Part shown: piece after piece, positions 15,198 through 28,579 of the stretch
Layout: every line of letters begins with the position of its first letter
Position numbering within the stretch: position 1 is the first letter of the stretch
Source of the DNA: the human T2T-CHM13v2.0 reference genome, Homo sapiens
Direction: 5' to 3' (one strand)
Length of the DNA: 64,000 nt
NCBI RefSeq assembly: GCF_009914755.1
Contig: NC_060929.1
Made by a program: the position numbers and the translations under genes
The notes under the pieces: generated by a model
What the model was told of the DNA's origin: nothing
The model's database searches: none
What the model saw: the letters and a program-made list of their open reading frames with translations, nothing else

Positions 15198-16344
15198 TCC
15201 CTAGCAATTTGGTCCAAAATATGAGCTCAGTGCATCCTACAGAGCAAATGTTCAACAACTCTGTGTGGATGGGCATCAAGTAGGTAGAGTGGAGGCTGCA
15301 GTTCCTACTTTTTCTTACTAAACTCTAAAGTTTTGTTCACCTGAAAGTTTACTACAATATAAGGAGATAATATTCACTTTACCCTGAGTGCTTGGCTCTG
15401 AATTATGACCTAGATTCATGCAAAGCTATTAATTTAACATAGTTCCCTACACGTGAATGAATTAAATTCCACTGAAGCATAAAATAATATGTAAATATTC
15501 AACTAGAATATTAGCCACTGATCATCTGAAGGATAGAAACAGCCAAAGAATCAACAACAGAATGATGTTCTTCTACCTGAGTCAGCTTTCAGCATTTGGA
15601 GTTGGAGTGGCCTCTGTTCTTGGCATTGGTGAGATATTTGTACTTAGCCATTTTTTTCCTGGTATAAAGGACTCAATGCCTTCTGTGATTCAGATGATTC
15701 CTGGACTCTGCAGTTTGTAGGCAGGGACCATCAAGGACTCTCAGTCTCCCTCAGTGTCCTACTACTTCTCCTTTAGGCCCTTGAATGGAAAGAGCTGGTC
15801 TTCTCTCCTGAAAAGTGGAGCTCTAACTTCCACTCACTGATGAACAAGGCTATCTTAATTTCTATATCCCCTTTCCTGTGGGTAAATCCCAGTAGAATCA
15901 CTCTCTTCTAAGAGAATTGCCTTTAGTATCTTAAAGAAGAATAAGCAAAACACTAACAATTTCGAACTGTAGCTGTAATTTCTGAATTACAGCTTTAATA
16001 AGTGCTACTCTTTTTATTAGGGAGACCACAAGGGCAATAAGCAATGTGTTTAGTTTTCTTCTCTAATATAACATTTCCTACTTTTTCCACTAACACTTCA
16101 TTACTGACCCGCCTTACTGACTCTACTAAGCTTACTATATGCACATCCCCCACCCTCTCTGTCTCTCTCTTTCTCTCTCTCCCCCCTTCCCTCCCCTCGG
16201 AAAATATGGATAAATATGGATGATGACTATCCAGAATAGCTTCATGTACACTAGTATATAACTCTATGAGAATTCATACCTGAGAAAGTTGCATATTCCT
16301 TGAAATTTATGCCAACAGATAAAATTGTTTCTAAAAAACACTCT

Positions 16345-16665
16345 GGTCCGGTGTGGTGGCTCACACCTGTAATCCCAGCACTTTGGGGTGCCAAGGTGGG
16401 AGAATCACTTGACGCCAGGAGTTCCACACCATCCTGGAAAACATATTGAGACCACATCTCCACAAAAATTAAAAATAAAAATAAATTAGCTGAGTGTAGT
16501 GGTGTGTGCTCTTAGTTATAGCTACTTGGGAGGCTGGGGCAAGAGGATGGCTTGAGCCCAGGAGTTTGAGGCTACAGTGAGTAAGCTATGATTATGCCAC
16601 TGCACTATAGCCTGGATGACAGAGTGAGACTGTCTCTAAATAGTAACAATAATAATAATAATAAT
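16345..16665 (+). mobile_element. AluJ (Jo/Jr-like) with (AAT)n tail
   Basis: AluJ diagnostics 'gaggatggcttgagcccaggagtttgaggctacagtgag...ctatgatt'. The tail has decayed to (aat)n. Confidence 0.93.
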
Positions 16666-17510
16666 TTCTGATGACAACTTGATTGATAAACAATATTGAT
16701 AATGCAGATACCAATGCATTTTGTATTGTTCATTCTTTAAAAAGCTGAAAAGAAAGTCAGTGTACATTCTTTAAAATTCTGGTTGCAAAAACATTATGAG
16801 TTAGAGAAAAAAAGTTAATCTCCTGGGTCAAAATCAAGAAGATGGGTGAATTTGTTGCTGTACTATTGCCATTTTCAACCACTACTACCAAAAATTACCC
16901 ATAAAATATTAAGTATTATGTTAATGCAGATAATGAATTTTGTATTTCAAGATATAAAAATATATGATGATTGTTTTTTCAATGGAATGTGTTAAAATAT
17001 CAAGATTGAAAAATAGTAGATGGGTTTGCAACTACAAAAGTTTTTAAAAGCTGACTTTGAATTGCATAGTTAGCGGACTTAACATTGCATAGTAAATAGA
17101 TCCTTTAGAGAACAAAGAGAATCCTATTGAGTCTGACACAGTGGAATTGGAAGATTCATTTGAGGCAGAATCTCATTCCTGATGCACATATCCACATTAT
17201 TGTCCCCACAAGTTAAGTTTCTGCCCATGCTTTGGTAGAACACACAAAGTGTTAAAAGTGCATTATGGTCATCTGGTTTTAGAACAGAGTTCATCCTTTG
17301 CAAATGAGGAATGGAGACTCAGAACATGCTTGCCACCTGGTGTGCATGCAGCTGAATTACAACTGTGCTCAAAAATGCAAAATGTGAATGCATGGAGGGT
17401 AATGTAAATAGAGGATTTACAAAATGCGTAACAAGTATACATTTTTAAATTAGTTGGCAATAATCCAAAGTATATAAAGTATTTCTGAAATTGCTGTCAC
17501 CTTAGGTATT

Positions 17511-17951
17511 TATATTAGTTTGCTAGGGTTGCCATAACAAAATGCCACAGACCGTACAAATGGCTTAAACAAGAGAAATTTTTTCTCTCATCGTTCTGGA
17601 AGTTGGAGTTTCAAGAGCAAGGTACTGGCAGGGTTGCTTTCAACTGAGGATTCTCCCCACTTAGCTTGCAGATGGCCGGCTTCTTTTGTTTTTGAGATCT
17701 CGCTCTGTCGCCGGTCGTCTTCTCATCATGTCCTCACATGGTTGTTTCTCTATCTGAGTGCATCCCTGGTATCTCCTCCTCTTCTTATAAAGACATCAGT
17801 CATACTGTATTAGAGCCCACCCTAATGACCTCATTTTAATTTAATCACCCCCTTTAAAGAGCTAATCTCTAGTTAGTAGAATATAACTTAACTACATTTA
17901 TATTCTGAGGGGCTATCAGAATTTTGGGGTGAAATAGTTCAGCCTACGATA
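17511..17951 (-). mobile_element. MLT1B/C-type MaLR solo LTR
   Basis: 'tatattagtttgctagggttgccataacaaaatgccacagac...ggcttaaacaagagaaattt...cttcttataaagacatcagtcatactgtattagagcccaccctaatgacctcattttaa...gttcagcctacgata'. Confidence 0.85.
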
Positions 17952-18479
17952 GTATTCACTTCTGGATTTGGGGTAGTACATGAAGATCAATATACATCAT
18001 TATGGATCTTTTTCAAGACACTACAGCTTTTTCATCATCCATTTCTTGTTAGGGAATTTAGTCCAATGGGACTGCACTATGCTTTATAAGTCTCCACTAA
18101 CACACGGAATTTCAGGCACAAGGCAGAATCTAAATAAACTTTTGTAAATGAAAGAATGAACAGCATGTGAGAAGATTATTGAAATTGAGCTGGCTAATTT
18201 TTTTATTCTCATTTCCATCTTCCCCTGCCACTGTCTCCTTCAGCTGCCAATTTCTTTCTACTTTCTGAATCTGATGAAAGAACATTTTGAAAAGGACCAG
18301 GGGCTTTAGGGACCAATGAAAGAGAATTAAGTAGTAGATAAAAAATATAGCTTTGCTTTCCTTAATCAAGTAATATAAACACTGTGGAAAGTATAATCAG
18401 AATACATTTGAAAATAAAATTTGCTTTCATGATTTTGAAGGCATGCAAGGAAAAGATACAGTAAAAAAGAGTGTGCTCT

Positions 18480-18842
<363 letters not shown>

Positions 18843-20272
18843 TTAGATGGAAATTTTAATTGACATGTGACAAAAATCAGGGAAAAGCAAAATGAAACAT
18901 ATTTTGATTACCACATATATTTAAAGTGAAGAATATGAGAAGTCATATATTCTCTATAAATGAGAGATGATTGTAGAGGTAAAGGAATCATTGAAAGTAT
19001 TTTTATTGGGGAGAAGGAAACAGATGTGATTGGAATGGAATCATAGATACTTCAAAGTGTGTGGAGATATTCTTTTTCCTACGATCAATGGTAGTCACAT
19101 GGATGTTCTTTTTCACTTTTTGCAAGTTATATAAATAGCATATATATTCACTTCTATGTGTAAAATCTTGTGTGTGTGGTTTTAGTGATTGAATATAGAT
19201 TAAGTGAACTTACTACTTGTTCTAGAACAGTCATGACGTAGATGTGAAAACTTTGGCAGATCTTTCAGTCTCCCACAAACTTTCTTAAATTAAATCGAGG
19301 TGCTGCCTGGGCCTGAGCCGATGTTTGTCTCTGGAGCACAGGTTGATGCTCTGCACTGCCCGTGATTTCTGTCTGTAGTCACCAGATCACGGACACTCCC
19401 TCCGGCTGCAGCTGGCTCCCCAAGTTTGACCAGAGGAGGTACAACTCACCCCTTGACTGCTGAGGTCCAATGCAGAAACGATACCTGCTCTTCTCCTCCT
19501 CCCATTCCCTACAGCACAAATGAGTCCAGATATACTGTTTCTAAAACTTTGTCAATTGTTGAGAAACAGAATTATAGCATAGAGAAACTTATGTCTGTCT
19601 CTAAGTTACTTCTGCTTTGCTGAGCCCTCAGACCTCAATACAGGAGACCCGCCCTTGCTATACCAGCCCCCTTGCCAGATTACAAAGTCATAGTCCGTAG
19701 CAGAAGACAGGGTCAACCTGCCACTTAGGCAGGCATTTTACATTCCTAGAGTCTGCTGAGTCCAGGTTGAAGAAAGAAAGGGATAAAGAGGAAACATCCC
19801 TCCATTCTCATCTCAGCCTAGGGCATTAGGGAAGAAATGTAGATTCTTCCCCAGGATCTGCATGTCTCCCTGATGTTTGAGAACTATCCTTTGGGTCAGA
19901 GTTCATGCCTTCTCTCAAAGCTGGATAGCTATTCTTTGGCTCAGAAAGGGCAATCTATTCAGAACTGAAAGACATGCCATGATTATAGAAGATATTTCTA
20001 TTTTAAAAAAATATATCTCTAAAACTCTGGACTGCTCAGCATTAAATGACACAAGTGGAGTAAATCGATGGTCTAGTTTGAGCCACACTAGTTCTGTTCT
20101 TGTCACTCTTCCTCCACGGAGCTCATCCTGCCTTCACATCATTCTTATAGTCTACATGGTCCCAGCTCCTGATCCTGTGAGTAGCTGCTCACAGCAGCAG
20201 AAACATCTCTCTATAAACAGCTGTTTGTAGGTACAGCACACTCTACATTATGACTTTCAAAAATAAAAATAA

Positions 20273-20594
<322 letters not shown>

Positions 20595-20795
20595 CCTTAA
20601 ACAATTATGAGGTAAAAATTTCACCTGCAACATTTAGAAGAAACTGTTCTAGATGACAACAAAGAGACATGGGTGGATTTAAAATCTAGAACAGGAAGGG
20701 GCAGTAGAAAACTAAACTATTTGTATGTTAAGATATAAAAATAAATACATGCACAGTTATATATGTAACAGAAAATATAATTAGCAAATATATAG

Positions 20796-22604
20796 CTCTC
20801 CCTCTCCCTCTCCCTCTCCCCACGGTCTCCCTCTCCCTCTCTTTCCACGGTCTCCCTCTGATGCCCAGCCGAAGCTGGACTGTACTGCTGCCATCTCGGC
20901 TCACTGCAACCTCCCTGCCTGATTCTCCTGCCTCGGCCTGCCGAGTGCCTGCGATTGCAGGCGCGCACAGCCACACCTGACTGGTTTTTGTATTTTTTTG
21001 GTGGAGACGGGGTTTCGCTGTGTTGGCCGGGCTGGTCTCCAGCTCCTAACCACAAATGATCCGCCAGCCTTGGCCTCCCGAGGTGCCGGGATTGCAGACG
21101 GAGTCTGGTTCACTCGGTGCTCAATGGTGCCCAGGCTGGAGTGCGGTGGCGTGATCTCGGCTTGCTACAACCTCCACCTCCCAGCCGCCTGCCTTGGCCT
21201 CCCAAAGCGCCGAGAGTGCAGCCTCTGCCCGGCCGCCACCCCGTCTGGGAAGTGAGGAGCGTCTCTGCCTGGCCGCCCATCGTCTGGGACATGAGGAGCC
21301 CCTCTGCCCGGCTGCCCAGTCTGGAAAGTGAGGAGCATCTCTGCCCGGCCGCCATCCCGTCTAGTAAGTGAGGAGCACCTCTTCCCGGCCGCCATCCCAT
21401 CTAGGAAGTGAGGAGCGTCTCTGCCCGGCCGCCCATCGTCTGAGATGTGGGGAGCGCCTCTGCCCCGCTGGAGCGCCTCTGCCTGGCCGCGACTCCATCT
21501 GGGAGGTGAGGAGCGTCTCTGCCCGGCCGCCCTGTCTGAGAAGTGAAGAGACCCTCCGCCTGGCAGCCGCCCCATCTGAGAGATGAGGAGCCCCTCTGCC
21601 CGGCAACCACACCGTATGGGAAGTGAGGAGCGTCTCCGCCCGGCAGCCACCCCGTCCGGGAGGGAGGTGGGGGTCAGCCCCTGCCCGGCCAGCCACCCCG
21701 TCCGGGAGGTGAGGGGCGCCTCTGCCCAGCCACCCCTACTGGGAAGTGAGGAGTCCCTCTGCCCGGCCAGCCGCCCCGTCCGGGAGGGAGGTGGGGGGGT
21801 CAGCCCCCCGCCCGGCCAGCCGCCCCGTCCGGGAGGGAGGTGGGGGGCTCAGCCCCCCGCCAGGCCAGCCGCCCCGTCCGGGAGGGAGGTGGGGGTGTGA
21901 GCCCCCCGCCAGGCCAGCCGCCCCGTCCGGGAGGGAGGTGGGGGGGTCAGGCCCCCGCCCGGCCAGACACCCCGTCCGGGAGGTGAGGGGCGCCTCTGCC
22001 CGGCCGCCCCTGCTGGGAAGTGAGGAGCCCCTCTGCCCGGCCGCCACCCCGTCTGGGAGGTGTACCCAACAGCTCATTGAGAACGGGCCATGATGACAAT
22101 GGCGGTTTTGTGGAATACAAAGGGGGGAAAGGTGGGGAAAAGATTGAGAAATCGGATGGTTGCCGTGTCTGTGTAGAAATAAGTAGACATGGGAAACTTT
22201 TCATTTTGTTCCGTACTAAGAAAAATTCTTCGGCCTTGGGATCCTGTTGATCTGTGACCTTACACCCAACCCTGTGCTCTCTGAAACATGTGCTGTGTCC
22301 ACTCAGGGTTAAATGGATTAAGGGTGGTGCAAGATGTGCTTTGTTAAGCAGATGCTTGAAGGCAGCATGCTTGTTAAGAGTCATCACCACTCCCTAATCT
22401 CAAGTACCCAGGGACACAAACACTGTGGAAGGCCTCAGGGTCCTCTGCCTAGGAAAACCAGAGACCTTTGTTCACTTGTTTATCTGCTGACCTTCCCTCC
22501 ACTATTGTCCTATGACCCTGCCAAATCCCCCTCTGTGAGAAACACCCAAGAATGATCAATAAAAATAAAAATAAAATAAAATAAAAAAGAATAAAATAAA
22601 ATAG
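20796..22604 (+). mobile_element. SVA retrotransposon (SVA_D-like), full length
   Basis: All four modules occur in order: (CCCTCT)n hexamer from 20796, antisense Alu-like domain (~20860-21220), GC-rich VNTR (~21220-22060), and HERV-K-derived SINE-R ('ggtgtacccaacagctcattgagaacgggccatgatgac' to 'cccaagaatgatcaataaa'). An A-rich (TAAAA)n tail follows. Confidence 0.98.
21763..21958 (+). repeat. Four tandem 49-bp GC-rich units within the SVA VNTR
   Basis: Unit c(c/a)ggccagccgccccgtccgggagggaggtgggggggtcagccccccgc starts at 21763, 21812, 21861 and 21910, an exact period of 49. Confidence 0.95.
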
Positions 22605-23413
22605 GTCTCTAGAGTCATTATAAATTAGAAATGCTGCTTTGACCACCAGCATAGAACCTTTCTACATCATTGTATGGAAGCCTACACAGGCTTTCCAGCC
22701 TCTCTTTTGTGATCAATTCTCTATCTGTTTTACTTTTGCAAACTTCACTGATATTTTATGTGGCTTTCCCCAGAAATGGGGCTGTTGCACTAAAGATGAA
22801 TTTAAGTTGCTGGACCAATCCCTTTTAGCTTTGAAGTGTGGTAGACTTTTTCCAACTTCTTTCATGTACATTAAAGTTTCAAATATCACAGGGCAAAGGT
22901 CAAGGCTTACTTTCAAGTGGCCCTATGCTCTGTCTTCACAGCCATCTTTATGAGGAGTAACTTCACATGGCAATGAAGCCTAGGAGTAAAAGTATAGCCT
23001 TGAGATGATGCCAGAAAGTTTTACGTCTCCCTTTCCTCAACATGCTGCAAATATTACTTTCCATTCCTTGTATTACTGTTGACTGAGCTTTCTACCATGG
23101 TCAAGGCAATTTGAGTTTAGGCTTATCTGCAACACTGCATTGCAAAGAAAAGCATAAAACAGCTGCAGGCATTTCATCTTATCTCCTTTTTCCTTTTTAA
23201 TGTTTCTATAATAAGAGCAACAATATACAACAAAATAGTAAAGCAATTTCTGAAATACAGTCATATGCCTCCGCTGCCTAGGTTCAGCTCTTGGCTGGCT
23301 GAGAATGGTGGTGTACTGACAGATTCCTGTCATATTGGCTAATACAGGAAATGCTGCAAGGAAAGGCGGCTGCTGTCATTTCTGTTCAGGCCCTTTATTA
23401 TCCAGATCTCTCA

Positions 23414-23854
<441 letters not shown>

Positions 23855-24144
23855 CTAGGCATCTACACAGTGCTGGAGCAGAAAATGTAGAGAATGATTA
23901 GTGTGCAGCGAAAGAGAGGATCACTGGGCTGAGCCCTGGGGATTGGCCTAAAGTTAGAAAGTCACAGGGATGGGAATAAAGAATTTCAGGCTGAGTGAGC
24001 AAATTCACACTCAAAGGCGGGGTAGAGCATGGGATAGAGAGGGAGACATATTTTGGAAACTGCTGACAAAGCAGCTGAACTGTAGACTGCATCTTGCTTG
24101 GGGTACAAAGAAGAGAAGAGTTGTAAGAGGTGATGAGTGCTTTT

Positions 24145-24392
24145 CATTGATTGTGTCCTACACACCTACCCCACCATCCCACAATTTATAGGCTGAAGCT
24201 CCAACCTACAATGTGATGGATTTTTAGAACTAATTGGATTTAGGTAAAGTCATAAGGGTAGAGCCCCAGTGACATCATTAGTGCCCTTATAAGAAGAGAT
24301 ACCAGAGAGCTCTGTCTTTCTCTCCCCTACCCGCTGGTCCCCTGCCCCCCTTCCCCTACCGTTCCTCTCCCTCTCCCTCTTGTAGGGACATC
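24145..24392 (+). mobile_element. MLT1A-like MaLR LTR, 5' fragment
   Basis: 'tgattgtgtcc...aatttataggctgaagctccaacctacaatgtgatgg...gtcataagggtagagcccc...attagtgcccttataagaagagataccagagagctc'. Confidence 0.7.
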
Positions 24393-24509
24393 ACAGTAAA
24401 TCACTTGCCTGTTAAATACATTAGAGTGCTGAAAATCTTATTAGAGAGATTCTTTCCTTCTAAATATTTTAGATGTTGTAATCATCTTTTTTAAAAAAAT
24501 GGCAAAATT

Positions 24510-24851
<342 letters not shown>

Positions 24852-26214
24852 TCAACAATAAATGGAGAGGAATAACCAACAAAGCAGTGGGGAGATAAAA
24901 AGTAGAAAGCAATGCTGTGTGATGCTAGTAACATGACAATAAAAATAATATTGGAATATATTATGGTATAATATAATAACACAATGTAACTTCATATAAT
25001 GTAATATAATATAAAATCAATTAGCTTGACATTCAATAAAAATTCCTGTTATATATAAAATTTTGGACAAAGAAAAATCAAACTTGAAAATTTATTGTCA
25101 GACATAACTATTGTGCACATTTTATTTTAAATATTTAAAAAAGGAAGCAAATTGATGACTTACTGTAGTGTGCATGCTTTATTTAAATTTTTCCGTTTGT
25201 GTCCCAGGGCCAGTATATATTTAAATTAAATTCAGACATCTTTAATAGTTTTATTCAGTTACCTATAAATAATTTCAATAAACACAAATGGCAATCATAT
25301 ATCCAACATTAATGTTTCTTTGCTATTTGAGATTCTGATTATAAAGTTAGGAAAATTGACCATACATTTAGAGAGATTTTGAATCATAGGGATTGAAATC
25401 AAAATGTCTCTGAAATCAAAGCATCTCAGTTATACGAATGAGTGACTTCTACTCAGATGGACTGATGTTTGGATTTCCACTGCTGAAATATAAAGAGGAA
25501 GAAGCATGCACAATTTCACACAATCAAGCTAATTAGAATCAGTAATGTCTAATATTTTCAAGTATTTCCTCTTACAGTAAACTGTTTCAAGTCTTTTGGT
25601 TAAAATATATTAGAATATGTTTGTAGTCAAAATTATCTTCTGCTAAAATTCAGGTTTAAAAATTTTTAATGCAATCTACTTTATATTCACAAAACTGTTC
25701 AGAAATCGTAACAGCATTGACATTGATCTGATACATCGTGATACTTTTTTTAACTGATTCAGATAAATTCATATATAATTTCAAAGTGATTGAAAGTGTC
25801 CATATATAATGATGATATCATTTGCATGTGCTGATGTAGAAATTCTCACACTTCATTTATAGTTCCCTGTGTACTATGCTTGTACTTGTGGGTGTAAATG
25901 AATGATTTGTCCATGTAACTTACCTATTCAATTTTCACTTTGATGTTTCTCTTTTGTTTAAGGAAGGGAAATTCTTTAGGCCTCTTTGTAAAATTACCTT
26001 TTAGGGGACTATGTTCCTGAAATTATAGTTAAATAAACTATTTTCACTTCAAAATGTACAATGGTCCTTACTCATCCATGCCTCTCAGGTTTTACTGAAG
26101 AGACTATTTATTTTGCTATTGTTTCTTTTGATCAGATGAAATTAAGGTATATATAAAAGCAATATTTGTACAACTAAAGTTAATTTTATTTCATTTCTAT
26201 TGTCGTTTATGTGA

Positions 26215-26233
26215 TGCTGCCACCTTGTGGCCA
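26215..26233 (-). promoter_or_regulatory. Candidate CTCF binding site
   Basis: The minus strand reads TGGCCACAAGGTGGCAGCA, close to the CTCF consensus TGGCCACCAGGGGGCGCTA (core CCAC.AGG.GGC). It is a GC-rich motif isolated in AT-rich non-repeat DNA. This is a motif match only, and binding is not shown. Confidence 0.6.
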
Positions 26234-26870
26234 TTTGGTCAATATTAAAATTTATATTTCTGGCTAGTTTATAAGAATGCCCCCTAAAGCATTCTAGAAT
26301 GTATCTCCCAACGTCATGGACAATATTTGCTCTGATAAATACTATCCTGCTAATTATCTCTCCGTATATAAGCCATTACAGTTATTTGTGGCATCTGAAA
26401 GTTTTAGGTAAATTACCCGAGAAAATGTTATTTCGATGATGTTCAATTTATATAAATTGACATTAACATTTGTCTTAGAAAAAGAAGGAATCACGTTTAA
26501 ATACTGTCTTTACATAAATACATTTCATAGTGTTTATCTTATCATGTGCCTGTGTACAATAAAGTTATTTTAATCAACAAGTTAAACAATTTCACCTTTT
26601 TAGAATGGACATAAATAAGGTAAAGATCAATTGTATCAAGAACTGAAGACATGTTTTTCATCATTATTACATACTCTAGGTTACAGAGTATCTAAAATAT
26701 GTCATTAAATTTTAAAATTGTCTTAGAACCTATAGCTTGGAAATAGTTCATTTTTTTATTAAGCCTTATTATACTTGAGATTTTCTCATTTTTATTCTAT
26801 ATTAAAATCAAGATATTAAAGCAGAGTATTGTTAGTGTACATAACACATTTTCTCCATCGCAGATGGGAA

Positions 26871-26985
26871 TCTTTCTTTTTTTTAAATTATACTTTAAGT
26901 TTTAGGGTACGTGTGCACAACGTGCAGGTTCATTACATACGTATACATGTGCCATGTTGGTGTGCTGCACCCATTAACTCATCAT
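26871..26985 (-). mobile_element. Young L1PA (L1PA2-5-like) extreme 3' end, ~115 bp
   Basis: 'attatactttaagttttagggtacgtgtgcacaacgtgcaggtt...gccatgttggtgtgctgcacccattaactcatcattt' is the antisense 3' end of young L1PA. Confidence 0.9.
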
Positions 26986-27348
26986 TTTCTTTTAGACTTT
27001 TATTTTAGCTTCAGCGGTACATTTGCAGGTTTGTTGTATAGAGAAATTGTGTGTCACAGGTGTTTTGTGTACAGATTATTTCATCACCTAGGTAATAAGC
27101 ATAGTATCCAACAGGTAGTTTCTTCTCCCTCCTTCCAACCTCCAGTAGGCCCCGGTGTCTGTTGTTCTGTTCTTCATGTCTGTGTGTTCACAATGTTTAG
27201 CTTCCACTTGTAAGTGAGAATAGATGGTATTTGGTTTTCTGTCCCTGCATTAATTTGCTTAGGATAATGGCCTCCTGCTCCATCCATGTTGTTTCAAAGG
27301 ACATGATCTCATTCTTTTTTAATGGCTACATAGTATTCCATGGTGTAA
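26986..27348 (-). mobile_element. Older L1PA (L1PA13-16-like) 3' UTR fragment
   Basis: 'gcaggtttgttgtatagagaaattgtgtgtcac...cagattatttcatcacctaggtaataagcatagtatccaacaggtag...tagtattccatggtgta'. Outer TSD gatgggaa at 26863-26870 and 27351-27358. Confidence 0.9.
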
Positions 27349-27968
27349 TGGATGGGAACATTAAGGATAGTGGATGAGAACTCTGCTATCATGCCTGATC
27401 CTGCCACCACATAAGATTTTGTCCAGTTAGCTTTGAATTCTGCCTGTCCATGACCAACTTTCAATTTGCATGGACTTTCAATCATTTGCATTCTGTTCCT
27501 GTCAATTGTTGGAGCTTCACGTCTTTCCACTGCAGTGAAGGCCAGACTTCTTAGCCTTCTGGTTTTTCCTAATGGATGGAATTTATTAGAAGCAATGAGA
27601 ATAGTTTTATCACATTGCTCAAAATATTTTCACAGCTTTCTGCTTTTCATTCAGTCAAATACAAGTCTTAAACCCAAAAATATATATTTCCAGAAACAAC
27701 ATATAGTACAGTTAATAATCATCATGAACATAATTTTAATAGATGATCATATATCACCAGATAGGAACTGGTAGTTTCCCATAGAAATTTGAGAGCAAAT
27801 AAAAAGAAATTAGAAATAAATTACTAAATATAGATTTTGTTCCAGATATACATATACACATATCATCACTCATTATGAAGCAACTTCTTTTTTCTGTAAA
27901 ATAGGCAAGAGCACACTTAAAAATATTGATTTGAGGTAGAATACAAACCTATTAAGAAGAGTTTTAGT

Positions 27969-28277
27969 GGTCGGGCATGGTGGTTCGTGCCTGTAATCCC
28001 AACACTTTGGGAGGTCGAGGCAGGCAGATCACCTTAGTTCAGGAGTTTGAGACCAGCCTGGCCAACATGGTGAAACCCTGTCTCCACTAAAAACACAAAA
28101 ATTAGCCAGGCGTAGTGGCACGCTCCTGTAGTCCCAGCTACTTGGAAGACTGAGGGAAGAGAATCAATTGAACCAGGTGGTGGAGGTTTCAGTGAGTGGA
28201 GATCATGGCATTGCATTCCAGTCAGGGTAACACAGTGAGACTCCATCTCAACAACAACAACAACAACAACAACAACA
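27969..28277 (+). mobile_element. AluS with (AAC)n tail
   Basis: Full Alu dimer with a tail of about nine aac units. Perfect 12-bp TSD aagagttttagt at 27957-27968 and 28278-28289. Confidence 0.95.
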
Positions 28278-28579
28278 AAGAGTTTTAGTGTAACTTTCAG
28301 ATAAGTAAATGGATATACCTCACTTGAGCTTAAAAAGAAAAATATCACAGAAGAGAATTAGGAAAATAAAAATTTTTTAAAAGATGAATTTAAAAAGCAA
28401 AAACTCTATATACACAGATAAATTAATAGCACTGTATATAAACTTCAGTTCTTCTTTAATAGAATTATGATAGTCCTGCATATTCACATTAAAATTGTTC
28501 TGAAAGCAACATTTTTCCAATTTCTGCCCTCCAAGTTCAACCTGAAGAAATGTTTAATTAATCCCTGATCATAAAATGG

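Noticed and set aside
21220-22060. Regularly spaced repeats resembling a CRISPR array or a CpG-island promoter
   Set aside because: The units are contiguous with no unique spacers and no cas genes. This is the SVA VNTR in a primate genome.
20717-22652. Dense stack of overlapping 67-161 aa ORFs on both strands
   Set aside because: All lie in the SVA. The GC-rich VNTR lacks stop codons, so these are compositional artefacts of a non-coding retrotransposon.
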